Notes: generated from the sequence alone by a model not told the origin. Positions 1 through 10,395 are shown, numbered from the stretch's first letter. The stretch: DNA of 64,000 nt from an uncultured Spirochaetota bacterium (GCA_963768055.1 CAVYGN010000002.1:768001-832000); one strand, 5' to 3'. Translations and numbers: made by a program.

Positions 1-1
1 T

Positions 2-1357
2 CGTATTGAGGAATGTGTTAATGATCCCAAGGTGATAGCAGTAAATAAAACCTATCAGACCCAGTTCTTCGATTTTAGCGGAAGTTTCGATGCTGTATAC
101 TCCCGCCCATTTAAAGACCGTAAATATTTTTTTTACATGAATATCTATCTTTTTTGTCCTTTTCTCTTTCATTATAAATGCCGCGATAAAATTTATCCTC
201 TCTTCGAAAATTTCGCAATATAATTTATAAATATCGTAATTTGTATGCATTATAACAGGGGTATAAAGAGGGTCTCTTTTTATCAGCTGGAGCAGCTGTG
301 TGAAATAATTTTTGGTCAAAAGGTCTTTGAGTGCGTCGAAACATTGATAGAATTCGTTTTCAATCCTTTCCCTGACGGACGAATCATTATCATTGTTCAT
401 TTTCCCCTCTTCGATTATCAGGGAAGGTTCCGATGTCATCGCCATGAAGGATGATACATCGAAAAGGTTTTTAAAGATAAGAACATTGTCAAGGTTCAGG
501 TCGATCTGAAGTAAAATATCCTCGAGATCGGACAGATAAGGCAGAAGCGCTTCGGCGGCGATATCGTTAAACGCCGGGCTTACTCCCGGGTTGTACTGCG
601 GGTCGAATCTTTTAAACAATGAAATAAAATCGTATTCGGTCAAATTTTTGATGTACATAAGATTTGTATATATTTTATTGGCAGCTTCGGTGGATTTTTT
701 ATCCAGAGAAGCCAGATAAGCCTTAATTGAATTTTCAACAGCGTTTCCCGCTTTCATGCTGCTTTCGAAGTCGGCTATGATCCTGCCGATACCCTGGTAG
801 GAAAAATTGCTGTCTACCTCTTTTGAATTGATGTCCATTATTTTTTCAAATAAAAGTTCAAGCCCTGTTTTATGGATCTGCTCCGGGTTGTCCCAGGATT
901 CAGAATTTAAAGGCTGCTCCATGACTTTTTTAAGGGCTAATATTTTCAAATAAACGTCATGAAGTTTATAAGCAAAAAACTTTGTAATCCTTTGAGTCGA
1001 TGAGTTAAAAACCGACGGCTTGTATTTATTCAGGCTTTTTTCTATATTCTTTAAGGCTTTATTGAGTCTGTAATTGTAAACTCCTTGCCTGCTGAAAAAA
1101 GACAGGAAAACAATATAAATTTTTTCGAAAAAGTTCAGTTCGACATAAAACTCCTTTTTTTCAAAAGGTTTTGCATTTGAGCTCAATTGCTCCTGGGGAA
1201 AGGGGGGCTCCTCTACCTCAGGCTGGTGCCTGTTTATATCTTTCTGTATCTTTTCCTTTTCCTCGCTTGATAACTGCAGGGCTTTCGGGTCGAAAACTTT
1301 ATCGTTAAATAATCCCTTTTTTTTAGCCTGGTCTACGGAATTTTGGTCATATGACAT
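2..1357 (-). CDS. Hypothetical helical protein, partial (runs off the left edge); resembles spirochaete conserved hypotheticals (DUF5312-like, unverified)
   Basis: ATG at 1357 directly after the stop of the PSP1 gene. Reads MSYDQNSVDQAKKKGLFNDK...; the frame is open in the parts I translated at both ends (near the edge ...LIGFIYCYHLGIINTFLNT). Missing from the ORF track, probably because there is no stop in the window. Confidence 0.8.
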   Translation of the reverse strand, partial: MSYDQNSVDQAKKKGLFNDKVFDPKALQLSSEEKEKIQKDINRHQPEVEEPPFPQEQLSSNAKPFEKKEFYVELNFFEKIYIVFLSFFSRQGVYNYRLNKALKNIEKSLNKYKPSVFNSSTQRITKFFAYKLHDVYLKILALKKVMEQPLNSESWDNPEQIHKTGLELLFEKIMDINSKEVDSNFSYQGIGRIIADFESSMKAGNAVENSIKAYLASLDKKSTEAANKIYTNLMYIKNLTEYDFISLFKRFDPQYNPGVSPAFNDIAAEALLPYLSDLEDILLQIDLNLDNVLIFKNLFDVSSFMAMTSEPSLIIEEGKMNNDNDSSVRERIENEFYQCFDALKDLLTKNYFTQLLQLIKRDPLYTPVIMHTNYDIYKLYCEIFEERINFIAAFIMKEKRTKKIDIHVKKIFTVFKWAGVYSIETSAKIEELGLIGFIYCYHLGIINTFLNT

Positions 1358-1358
1358 G

Positions 1359-2375
1359 CTATCCTATTTCCTCTTCCTGTATTCCGGCATTAATCGGTTT
1401 TAAACAATTTTCTCCGCTGGTTTGATATATGGATGTTCCCTCATTGTCTTTTTTTAAAAATTTAATGTTATCGACGGGATATTTTTTTTGATGATGGTTT
1501 TCATCGCAGACATAAACCTCCCTCTTAATTATATTATGGGAGGAAACGGTATAATTTTTATTACCGTCTGCGACGATTGAACCTATTAAGGGATATTCTT
1601 TCTTTTCTTCATTATAAAATTGTGCCTCGTAAGAAAGGCAGCACATCAGCCTTCCGCAGGAACCGGTTAATTTGCTTGAATTAACAACGAATCCCTGGTC
1701 TTTAGCCATTTTCAGGTATATGGAATTGATGTGGCAGTTGGTGCGCAGGCAGCAATTCACAATTCCGCAAACCCCGTAGCTTCCGATAATCTTTGCCGCA
1801 TCCCTGACGCCTATCTGGCGCATTTCAATTCTTGTTTTAAAGATTCCGGCCAGTTTTTTTACAAGTTGGCGAAAATCGATCCTATTGTCGGCGGTAAAAT
1901 TAAAAATGATCTTCTTTTTTTGAAAAAGAAAATGGACGTTAATCAATTTCATATCAAGTTTCAAATCGCAGATTTCTTTTTTGGCGATCTGGAAGGCCCT
2001 TTTTTCTTCTTCACGGAAGGATTGCCAGGATTTCAATTCTTCCTCGGAGACAAGTTTAATGATCCTGAAATTTTCTATCTGTTCTTTATCTATCTCAACC
2101 GGTATATGTTCGTCCCTGGTTTCCAGGATTGACTTATCGTCGATTTCTATTCCGCCGATATCGGTTTCTCCCGAATGATCCTGAACCGGTTTTTTAACGA
2201 AAAACTTATCCCTGGTGATATCCTTGATGCTTGAAGTCGCAAGTCCGATATCCTCTCCGAATTTAGTGTTTACCAGGTAGTAGTTGTTAGGGGCGACGGT
2301 TAAACCTTCGGCCGCAAGGTAAGGCAGGATCATATTATCGAAGTATGTCTTTATATATGCAGCTTTATATATCAT
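1359..2375 (-). CDS. ricT: PSP1-domain protein (RicT/YaaT family Fe-S regulatory protein)
   Basis: FNFTADNRIDFRQLVKKLAGIFKTRIEMRQIGVRD; CGIVNCC; MAKDQ; KLTGSCGRLMCCLSYE. Confidence 0.85.
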   Translation of the reverse strand: MIYKAAYIKTYFDNMILPYLAAEGLTVAPNNYYLVNTKFGEDIGLATSSIKDITRDKFFVKKPVQDHSGETDIGGIEIDDKSILETRDEHIPVEIDKEQIENFRIIKLVSEEELKSWQSFREEEKRAFQIAKKEICDLKLDMKLINVHFLFQKKKIIFNFTADNRIDFRQLVKKLAGIFKTRIEMRQIGVRDAAKIIGSYGVCGIVNCCLRTNCHINSIYLKMAKDQGFVVNSSKLTGSCGRLMCCLSYEAQFYNEEKKEYPLIGSIVADGNKNYTVSSHNIIKREVYVCDENHHQKKYPVDNIKFLKKDNEGTSIYQTSGENCLKPINAGIQEEEIG

Positions 2376-2559
2376 ATTATTTTTATCTCCTGTTCGAAAT
2401 TGTGAATAAAATTATTAATTTGTTGATTATTATATAATTATTTTTTAAACTCATCAATAAATTTAAACTTATGGTATATGAATATATTTAAAAATACAAG
2501 CCTTTACACGGATTATTCAACTGAATAATAGGGATTAATCAGTTATTTATGAAGGAACC

Positions 2560-3309
2560 ATGGATCGGAATTTTAAAGATAAAAGAGTTTTCGATATATT
2601 TAATACTCTTTTTTACAGATACGGCCATCAAAACTGGTGGCCGATTGTAGTAAACGGGCGCTGCTTGTATCTTGATGATTACAGATCAAGGGAAAGAACT
2701 GCTGATGAGATATTTGAGATTATGGTCGGTTCAATTCTGACTCAGAATACATCCTGGGAAAACGCAGCTAAAGCCGTATCGAAGATGAAAGAAAACAATT
2801 TAATGAACATGGAATCAATTATGGCGATTAAAATTGCGGAATTGGCTTCCGTCATTAAAGGTTCCGGGTACTTTAATCAAAAGTCGAGAAAAATAGTCGC
2901 CCTGGTAAATTTTCTTAATAGTGTTTCAGGGGGTATCGAGGCAATAAGGAGCATACCCCTCAAAGATGCGAGGAATATGCTTTTATCGGTTTGGGGGATT
3001 GGAAAGGAAACGGCGGATTCAATACTTCTTTACGGATTTTATTTTATGATATTCGTAGTAGATGCTTATACATTGAGGATATTTTCAAGGATAGGTGTTA
3101 AAACTGCTGAGAAAGGATATGACGCACTCCAGCGCCATATCATAAAAAACATTGACTCCGATACTCTTATATACAGGGATTTTCATGCCTTGCTGGTTTT
3201 ATTGGGCAAAACTGTTTGCCGGAAAAAACCTCTTTGCGGTATTTGCGTTTTATATTTTTTGTGCCATTTTGCGAAAATTTATACGGGTTTCGCACAAAAA
3301 CGCACGTAG
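2560..3309 (+). CDS. Endonuclease III-like HhH-GPD DNA glycosylase with 4Fe-4S motif
   Basis: YGHQNWWP; FEIMVGSILTQNTSWEN; HhH LLSVWGIGKETADSI; VDAY; C-terminal CRKKPLCGICVLYFLC. Confidence 0.9.
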   Translation: MDRNFKDKRVFDIFNTLFYRYGHQNWWPIVVNGRCLYLDDYRSRERTADEIFEIMVGSILTQNTSWENAAKAVSKMKENNLMNMESIMAIKIAELASVIKGSGYFNQKSRKIVALVNFLNSVSGGIEAIRSIPLKDARNMLLSVWGIGKETADSILLYGFYFMIFVVDAYTLRIFSRIGVKTAEKGYDALQRHIIKNIDSDTLIYRDFHALLVLLGKTVCRKKPLCGICVLYFLCHFAKIYTGFAQKRT

Positions 3310-3359
3310 TTACGCACATTTCCGGTTTATTACGGAATTATCGTTGGGGAGATGCGTTC

Positions 3360-4235
3360 ATGGCCTGCAGGATTTGCGGGAACAATTTTATCATAAAAAA
3401 ATATATGATCGGCAGGTTTGATCCTCCGTTGATTATTTCTGAATGCAAGCTATGCAGATTTTTATTTCAGGAAACGGATATTGAAACAGCTTATTCTTAT
3501 TATGATAGCGGTTATTACGATGGACAAAGTTTTTATTCCTATATGGACGAGAGGAAAGAAGAGGCTGCTTGCAGGGTTGTATGGAAAAAGCGGTTTTTAA
3601 AGTGGATAAAATGGGATAGAACGGGTGTTAAAAATGGAAATTTTCTTGATGTGGGCTGTTCTTTCGGGGGGCTCATGAAGGTTGCGGAGGAAAACGGATA
3701 TCATTCCAACGGAATAGAAGTTTCTGTTTATTCAGGGGAGTATTCAAAAAAAAGGTTCGGAGAGGATTCGGTTTATATAGGCAATGTCGAGGATGTAAAA
3801 CTTCCCGAAAATAAATATTCGATTGTAAGTTTCATCGAAGTCATTGAACATATTTACGATGTTAGAAAAGCATTGAAGAATATTTACTCTTCTATGAAAA
3901 AAGGGGGGGTGATAATTATACAAACAGCCGATATGGACGGTTTGCAGGCAAGATTCCACGGAGACGCTTACAACTATTTTCTTCCCGGGCATCTGTCATA
4001 TTTTTCAAGGGCAAATCTTTTGGCATTACTGGAATCTTCCGGCTATAAAAATATAAAATTTATTGGAGGTGTTGAATTCGGCTTGCTTCCAAAATTAATC
4101 AAATCGGGATATGGGTTTAAAAAATGGACAGATTATTTAAGATGGTTTAAAATTTCAATATATCATCTTATGAGTAAGATTGCAATTGGAAGGCTGCATT
4201 TGACAAGTTCCATGGTCATGGCAGCCTGGAAGTGA
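3360..4235 (+). CDS. Class I SAM-dependent methyltransferase with N-terminal CxxC...CxxC
   Basis: Probable start ATG at 3360 (MACRIC...ECKLC); FLDVGCSFG; EVIEH; GHLSYFS. Confidence 0.85.
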   Translation: MACRICGNNFIIKKYMIGRFDPPLIISECKLCRFLFQETDIETAYSYYDSGYYDGQSFYSYMDERKEEAACRVVWKKRFLKWIKWDRTGVKNGNFLDVGCSFGGLMKVAEENGYHSNGIEVSVYSGEYSKKRFGEDSVYIGNVEDVKLPENKYSIVSFIEVIEHIYDVRKALKNIYSSMKKGGVIIIQTADMDGLQARFHGDAYNYFLPGHLSYFSRANLLALLESSGYKNIKFIGGVEFGLLPKLIKSGYGFKKWTDYLRWFKISIYHLMSKIAIGRLHLTSSMVMAAWK

Positions 4236-5062
4236 GTAATATAGTTAAAGAAGGCAAAGTGGAAATAGTAAAGAAAAATATAGGTTTTGTTTACATATCA
4301 TTGATAGTTCATTTCTATATCATATTGATAATATTAATATCTTTCGATAAGGATTTTCTAGTATCCATGTTCAATCCGGTCATTCTAAGGCCTCAGGAAA
4401 GCGAAGAAACAACAATAGTCGATACAATTACGGAATCCGAGACAAAACCTTTAAAAGGCGTAGTTTCGGATAAACCTAATATTAATTCAGCTGAAAAGCT
4501 CGGAGAAGATAAATACAATTTTCTCAACCCGGATATGAAACTTAGTCCTTATCAGGGAAATAACAGCGGAAAAAGCATTGTCGATTCGTCAAAAAAAAAC
4601 GCTTCCGGCGAGGATTCCATCCAGCTTGAACGTTTAAAGGGGAGAAACACAATGCCTCTCGATAGCGGAGATTACCATACGACATATTTTGACCCGGATA
4701 AACCCCCTGATGTCGAAATGGATAACCTGGGAGATATATCTCTTGCCACAATTCCGGAATCCTACGCCCCGTATTTTCTCAGCATGGAGAAAAAAGTTGG
4801 TGAAAAATGGCAGATGTTTTTCCCGATATTTCAATTTTACGAAGGGATCATTAAAAGCGGAGAGGTAGTTGTCAGTTTCTGGGTCGATGAAAACGGTAAC
4901 GTCATAAACCCTGTAGTTAAAAGATCTTATGGATACAGTATTTTGGATTCTGCTTGTGTCAACGCCATTTATTATTCTAAAAATTTCGGACCGCTGCCTG
5001 AAAGCATTAGAAAAAACAAGATCATTAAAGTCGATTTTAAATTCATATACACATCAAGGTAA
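4232..5062 (+). CDS. TonB C-terminal-domain protein with N-terminal membrane anchor
   Basis: TM segment ISLIVHFYIILII; C-terminal GEVVVSFWVDENGNV...RSYGYSILDSACVNAI...FGPLP. Confidence 0.8.
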   Translation: MSNIVKEGKVEIVKKNIGFVYISLIVHFYIILIILISFDKDFLVSMFNPVILRPQESEETTIVDTITESETKPLKGVVSDKPNINSAEKLGEDKYNFLNPDMKLSPYQGNNSGKSIVDSSKKNASGEDSIQLERLKGRNTMPLDSGDYHTTYFDPDKPPDVEMDNLGDISLATIPESYAPYFLSMEKKVGEKWQMFFPIFQFYEGIIKSGEVVVSFWVDENGNVINPVVKRSYGYSILDSACVNAIYYSKNFGPLPESIRKNKIIKVDFKFIYTSR

Positions 5063-5074
5063 TCTGTGATTGTC

Positions 5075-5103
5075 TTGAATTTTTTTCTGAAGATCTTTAT
5101 AAT
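5075..5103 (+). promoter_or_regulatory. Sigma-70-like promoter of the ABC operon
   Basis: TTGAAT-N17-TATAAT. Confidence 0.6.
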
Positions 5104-5195
5104 ACTTCTTTGAATTTAATGGCAGTTGTTGCCGTCTGCCGTATAATTTCATACGGCGCAAGTAATAATACATTATCAAATCGAAAGGAGTTTGT

Positions 5196-6131
5196 ATGAT
5201 TTCTGTGCGGGGATTAAAAAAATTTTACGGCGATGTCAAGGCTGTTAACGGTGTCGATTTCGATATTCAGAAGGGTGAGATCGTTGGTTTATTAGGGCCT
5301 AATGGGGCCGGTAAAACTACAACTCTTCGGATGATCACGGGTTATTTAACCCCTACTGACGGGGAAGTGAATATCGATAATATGAATATAATGGATAATT
5401 TAAGCAGAATAAAAAAAATTATAGGCTATCTCCCTGAATCAGCTCCTCTATATGATGATATGGTCGCTTATGATTATCTTGAATTCATTGCCAGGATACA
5501 GGAAGTCGGAGAGGGCGAAATCCGGGGAAGGATACATTATGTATCGGATAAATGCGGTCTCGATCCTGTTATAAACAAGAAAATATCAGAGCTGTCGAAG
5601 GGTTTTAAGCAAAGAGTGGGTCTTGCGCATGCCATTATTCATGATCCGGCCATTCTCATCCTGGATGAACCGACCAGCGGTCTGGATCCCAATCAAATAG
5701 TCGAAATAAGGGAATTGATCAAGGAGCTCGGGCGTGAAAAAACCGTCATACTTTCAACCCATATATTAAGTGAAGTGGAAGCATCCTGCAACAGGGTCAT
5801 CATAATAAACAAGGGCAATATCATTAAAGATGAAACCACAGCGAACCTGATTGCGGACGCCGGAACGTCGGACGTTGTTACCCTTCAGATTAAAACTTCG
5901 GCAGCTAAAAAAGCGATTGAAAAACACCTTTCTATTGAAGGGGTCGTTAAAATTGAGGTTACGGATGGCTCGAAAGGGATTAAGGACATACTGGTTTATT
6001 CAGTTCCGGGACATGATTTAAGAGAGTCGATCTATAAAAAAATCAAAGAGAGCGATTGGTCGCTTATTGAAATGAAAAGAGAACGGCAGACGCTTGAGAG
6101 TATATTCCAGGAATTGACGAAGGAGGCTTAA
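5196..6131 (+). CDS. ABC transporter ATP-binding protein (GldA-like)
   Basis: GPNGAGKTT; LSKGFKQRVGLA; ILDEPTSGLDP; STH. Confidence 0.92.
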   Translation: MISVRGLKKFYGDVKAVNGVDFDIQKGEIVGLLGPNGAGKTTTLRMITGYLTPTDGEVNIDNMNIMDNLSRIKKIIGYLPESAPLYDDMVAYDYLEFIARIQEVGEGEIRGRIHYVSDKCGLDPVINKKISELSKGFKQRVGLAHAIIHDPAILILDEPTSGLDPNQIVEIRELIKELGREKTVILSTHILSEVEASCNRVIIINKGNIIKDETTANLIADAGTSDVVTLQIKTSAAKKAIEKHLSIEGVVKIEVTDGSKGIKDILVYSVPGHDLRESIYKKIKESDWSLIEMKRERQTLESIFQELTKEA

Positions 6132-6132
6132 A

Positions 6133-6858
6133 ATGAATGAAAATGTAATTAATTATAAGAAAGTCTGGATATTGTTTAAAAAAGAATTAAGGTTCTTTTT
6201 CTTTTCGCCTATAGCTTATATTTTTATCTGTGTTTTTTTGGTATTCGCAGGATGGGTGTTCTTTTCACAATTCTTTTTATTCAATCAGGCGGAAATGAGA
6301 GCCTTTTTTGAGATTCTTCCTTTTTTTCTGGCTTTTATTATTCCGGCTATCACGATGGGTCAGTTTTCGGAAGAATTCAGCGTGGGTTCGTATGAAATGA
6401 TAAGCACGACATCGGTATCTCTATCCGATATAATACTTGGAAAGTTTTTAGCCGCCTGCGCGTTTATGCTTATAGCCCTTGTTCCGACATTCATTTTTCC
6501 GGTCAGCATTGCATTCCTCGGTGACCTTGATTTCGGGCCGGTCCTGGGAGGGTATATTGGATCGGTTCTTCTGATAGGGGCTTTCGCGGCAATAGGCATA
6601 TTTTCATCGTCGTTAACGAGAAATCAGATAATGTCGTTGATAGTTTCTATAGCGATTTGCGTTCCCCTCACTTTCATTGTGTTCATGGATCAATATCTTC
6701 CACCGGTCTTTTCTGAGATTATCAATAATTTATCCGCCGCCGCCAGGTTTAGAAATATTTCAAAAGGGGTTGTCGATTGGCGCGACGTACTGTACTTTCT
6801 TTCTGTAATCGTAATCGCTCTTTATTCGACGAAACTGGTATTGGAACGTAAAAAATAG
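6133..6858 (+). CDS. ABC-2 type permease (GldF-like)
   Basis: KKELRFFFFSPIAYIF; IILGKFLA; multiple TM helices; ISKGVVDWRDVLYFLS. Confidence 0.88.
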   Translation: MNENVINYKKVWILFKKELRFFFFSPIAYIFICVFLVFAGWVFFSQFFLFNQAEMRAFFEILPFFLAFIIPAITMGQFSEEFSVGSYEMISTTSVSLSDIILGKFLAACAFMLIALVPTFIFPVSIAFLGDLDFGPVLGGYIGSVLLIGAFAAIGIFSSSLTRNQIMSLIVSIAICVPLTFIVFMDQYLPPVFSEIINNLSAAARFRNISKGVVDWRDVLYFLSVIVIALYSTKLVLERKK

Positions 6859-6860
6859 AA

Positions 6861-9014
6861 TTGATGAAGGAGAAAATTTATATGAAACCTGAAATCCAGA
6901 AACAACGGATAGATAGCCTTACCACTTACCTGATAGTTGTCGGCATTATTCTTGTCCTGAATATTATCAGCTCCGGCCTGTCTTTTAAATTGGACCTGAC
7001 CAGTCAAGGTGTATTTTCAATAGCACCTGTAAGCAGGGCAATTGTTAAAAAACTTTCAGGGCCGATGACAGTTAAAATATTTTTCACTTCGGGACTTCCG
7101 GCTCCTTATAATACTATCGAAAGATATTTGAAAGATATCATGATGGAATACAAACAGGCAAGTTCATATAACAATTTCAGGTATGAATTCGTTGACATGA
7201 CAAAAAATCCTGACGAGGCCATGGAATACGGTATTTATCCGGTGCAGATCAGGGTTGTGGAAAAAGACCAGATCCAGATGAAAAAAGCGTATATAGGCAT
7301 GGTATTTCTTCATGCAGATATGGTAGAGAGGATACCTCAGATAAAATATGCAGAAGGACTGGAATATAATATAACTTCTATAATCAGGAAAATGATAAAT
7401 AAAATAGACTGGCTTAATTCCCTGAAAACGAACATTAAAATAGAATTAATAGCCTCATCGGGCATACCCCCGCTAATGACAGCATCGACTAACGGATATA
7501 ATGAAATTTCAGTCAGCCCGGATTTGATTTCTAAGATCAGCAATTCCTTTAATTCCCTTAATGCAAAAATGATGGGCAAGCTTGAATTTCATTACATCGA
7601 TCCCGGCCGGGATAAAGAAGCGCTACCGGAGGTTGTAAAAGAAAATTTCCATCCTATTGCATGGAAAACCATTGTTGATGATAAAGGCCGGAATTATCCA
7701 GCCGGATCAGGTTATATCGGCATGGTAATTGAATATAACGGCAAAACCAAGCTTTTAAGTTTATTATCGGAAGACATAATGGGCAATCCCTTTATTATGA
7801 ACATAGATAATTTAGAGGAATCCATGCAGGGTGCGGTTGACGACCTTATAAGGGTCAATCCCAAGGTAGGATATGTAGCAGGGGATATGGAACCCGATCC
7901 CTGGGATTACTCGAAATTCGGCGGACAGGAAAGCCCTGATTCGGCATCGAGATTTGCGGATTTCATTAATAACGACTATGAATTTGTCCCGGTATCGCTG
8001 AAAGATGAAAAATTACCTGAGGGTATTACCGCTCTGGTGATCCTGGAACCTAAAGCGCCGATGACCCCTTATGAACTGTTTCAAATTGATCAGTTCATTA
8101 TGTCAGGAAAATCTGTGGCGTTTTTCACACCCGGACTGTTCTTTCCCCCGTCAAACCCTCAGCAGCAGGGAGAATTGCCCAGAGGTTATAAATCCAGTTC
8201 GGGCATTGACAAGCTTATCGAAAATTACGGGATCAGAATAAATGATAATCTTGTGCTCGATGACAGTTCTTATTATAAACCTGTTCTGGAAAACGGAGAA
8301 CAAATCGAGGTCGAATACGCTCCCCTCATCGAACAGGAAAACATTTCTCAGAACCATGAAATAACCAAAAGGATCAAGGGATTGATATTTGTGAGCGCTT
8401 CATCGCTTGACCCTATCGATGACATTATTAAAAGCAATAAGCTAGTATTTACTCCACTGGTTAAAACTTCGAAAAGATCCTGGGAAAAAGGTGAAGGGGT
8501 ATCTCTCGATTACAGGTTCTTAAAACCCGGCTCGGATACAAAATTTTCTCAATATACGCTTGCCGCTGTGATGGAAGGGCACTTCAACAGTTACTTTAAC
8601 GGGAAAACGATACCTGCGGAACCTAAGACGACAAATAAAATAAAGAAAGCTCAGGAAGTCATTACCGGCGAAAAAAAGAGCGAATTCCTGGCCTCTGTTG
8701 ACAAAGGAAGAATATTGGTGATTCCCGATTCCGACATACTGAAAAATACAGTGCTGGATAGTGAAGGCATCAGTCCCAACGATATATTCGTCAAGAAGTC
8801 TGTTGACTGGCTTGTAGGAGACAAGGTCCTTATCCGGATAAGAAACAAGGGGCTGACTTATAATCCTTTAAAAAACACCTCGGACCAGGTAAAGGGATTT
8901 GTAAGGATATCTAATTTAATTGCCGCCCCGCTTCTTATAATTATTCTTGGACTTATATTATTGAGACTTGATATTAGAAGAAGGGAATTGATAAGAAAAG
9001 AATTTCAGAAATAA
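6861..9014 (+). CDS. GldG-family (ABC auxiliary/GIFT domain) protein
   Basis: N- and C-terminal TM helices; LDLTSQGVFSI; LEYNITSII; IDQFIMSGKSV; VDWLVGD...IRNK; follows the GldA/F-like genes. Confidence 0.85.
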   Translation: MMKEKIYMKPEIQKQRIDSLTTYLIVVGIILVLNIISSGLSFKLDLTSQGVFSIAPVSRAIVKKLSGPMTVKIFFTSGLPAPYNTIERYLKDIMMEYKQASSYNNFRYEFVDMTKNPDEAMEYGIYPVQIRVVEKDQIQMKKAYIGMVFLHADMVERIPQIKYAEGLEYNITSIIRKMINKIDWLNSLKTNIKIELIASSGIPPLMTASTNGYNEISVSPDLISKISNSFNSLNAKMMGKLEFHYIDPGRDKEALPEVVKENFHPIAWKTIVDDKGRNYPAGSGYIGMVIEYNGKTKLLSLLSEDIMGNPFIMNIDNLEESMQGAVDDLIRVNPKVGYVAGDMEPDPWDYSKFGGQESPDSASRFADFINNDYEFVPVSLKDEKLPEGITALVILEPKAPMTPYELFQIDQFIMSGKSVAFFTPGLFFPPSNPQQQGELPRGYKSSSGIDKLIENYGIRINDNLVLDDSSYYKPVLENGEQIEVEYAPLIEQENISQNHEITKRIKGLIFVSASSLDPIDDIIKSNKLVFTPLVKTSKRSWEKGEGVSLDYRFLKPGSDTKFSQYTLAAVMEGHFNSYFNGKTIPAEPKTTNKIKKAQEVITGEKKSEFLASVDKGRILVIPDSDILKNTVLDSEGISPNDIFVKKSVDWLVGDKVLIRIRNKGLTYNPLKNTSDQVKGFVRISNLIAAPLLIIILGLILLRLDIRRRELIRKEFQK

Positions 9015-9027
9015 AAAGGAGTAATAA

Positions 9028-9927
9028 ATGAATAACCGGACAAAATATATTATTCTGCTATCCATACTTGGCGCCCTTATCCTTGTATGGATACTTTTAG
9101 TATCGAATCCGGAAAAAGCGTACCGGCTCCCCAATGTAAAGGCTCCGGATAATGTTACAGGAATAGGAATAGTAAAGGGGACTGGCGAAAAAATTATGCT
9201 TATCTTTACAAACAGCAAGTGGATGCTTGAACCCGGCGATTATTTTGCACAAAACAGCGATGTAAACGAAATGATCGCCCAGCTTAAAACCTTCGAGATT
9301 TCCGATCTTGTTACAGGAGGATCATTATTGAATTACAGCCTGGATGATTCGAACAGGATTGATATCATGGCCTATTACAGCAATAAAGAGGTTCTTCATT
9401 TTTATATGGGAAAAACAAGTGCAACATACAGGCATACCTATGTGCAGCTTTCAGGCGACACTAATGTTTATCAGGCTAAAGGTACCTTTTATTACGCCTT
9501 CAACAAGGATTTCGACGGTTTAAAATCAAGGGATATTTCCCTGCTTAATAAGGATGACCTGATGCAGGTTAGAATAAAAGAAAATGGAAAGGAATACTTA
9601 TTAAAAAGAATTAAATCTTCTGATAAATCCCAATGGAAGGCTTCCTGGAAAAATACACCGGCTGATGAAGTTAAAGTCGATGCTTTTCTGCAGAAAACAA
9701 CTCCATTGTCAGCAGCGGCGCTTGCGCCGGGGAAAATGGATGATAAAGCTTCTTACTTGAGGCTTATTGAGCTGAAAACCGATAAGGAAATAGAAACCAT
9801 TTATATTTTCAGACAGGAAAACACCAAGGAAAAATTTTATATCGTAGGTGTGAAGGGTAATCCCGTGTTGTTTAAAATAACCGAATCCCAGGGTAAAGAT
9901 CTGCTGAAAAAAATATACGAATTTTAA
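9028..9927 (+). CDS. DUF4340-family protein
   Basis: N-terminal anchor; position after gldG-like gene; YSLDD...MGK...TYV pattern. Confidence 0.7.
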   Translation: MNNRTKYIILLSILGALILVWILLVSNPEKAYRLPNVKAPDNVTGIGIVKGTGEKIMLIFTNSKWMLEPGDYFAQNSDVNEMIAQLKTFEISDLVTGGSLLNYSLDDSNRIDIMAYYSNKEVLHFYMGKTSATYRHTYVQLSGDTNVYQAKGTFYYAFNKDFDGLKSRDISLLNKDDLMQVRIKENGKEYLLKRIKSSDKSQWKASWKNTPADEVKVDAFLQKTTPLSAAALAPGKMDDKASYLRLIELKTDKEIETIYIFRQENTKEKFYIVGVKGNPVLFKITESQGKDLLKKIYEF

Positions 9928-9993
9928 TATGGGTCCGCAGGGATTAGAAACGCCCAGGCTTTAATATTCCATTTTCCGCCTGTCGATATAATA

Positions 9994-10395
9994 ATGACTT
10001 TGATACTTTCAGGAGAGTCATTGGTGGAAAACGAGGAAAGAATATCCCTCATACGCAGGGGGAACGAGCTTTTTAACCAGGGAGATTTTAAAAATTCCCT
10101 GAAGATTTTTTTAATGACGGATTATAAAGATGGCATAATCCGCGTAGCGGATTACCTGTATTTTGATAGAAAGGATAAGGTAAGCGCAGTAAAACTTTAT
10201 AAGAGGGCAGGCCATCAAAAAGTGATTGATGAGTTTTCAGAAAGGGTGGCGGTTTTGATCAAATTACTTTTGTCGGAAGATAAAATTATTAAGCAGATCA
10301 CTGAAGGTGAAATTGAGGGAACCGGTTCAGTCATTAAGGAATGGAAACCGGCTTCGATAAAGGGCGACGATCTTTCGAAGATGGACAACAAGTGA
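9994..10395 (+). CDS. Hypothetical helical (TPR-like) protein; start may be 10021 or 10024
   Basis: LIRRGNELFNQGD...DGIIRVADYLY...AVKLYKRAG; stop overlaps the rsmI start. Confidence 0.7.
   Translation: MTLILSGESLVENEERISLIRRGNELFNQGDFKNSLKIFLMTDYKDGIIRVADYLYFDRKDKVSAVKLYKRAGHQKVIDEFSERVAVLIKLLLSEDKIIKQITEGEIEGTGSVIKEWKPASIKGDDLSKMDNK

Noticed and set aside
32..454. Two small + strand ORFs
   Set aside because: They are antisense to the long minus-strand CDS 2-1357.
2401..2409. DnaA-box-like TGTGAATAA in an AT-rich divergent gap
   Set aside because: Single box with no cluster; insufficient for oriC.
3291..3317. Three CGCAC units spaced 10-12 nt apart
   Set aside because: Too short and partly within coding sequence; not a CRISPR array or iteron set.
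5110..5195. Structured leader of the ABC operon as a possible riboswitch
   Set aside because: Only short hairpins; no aptamer consensus that I recognise.
9964..9990. GTCGATAT as a possible sigma-28 -10 element
   Set aside because: No acceptable -35 at the right spacing.
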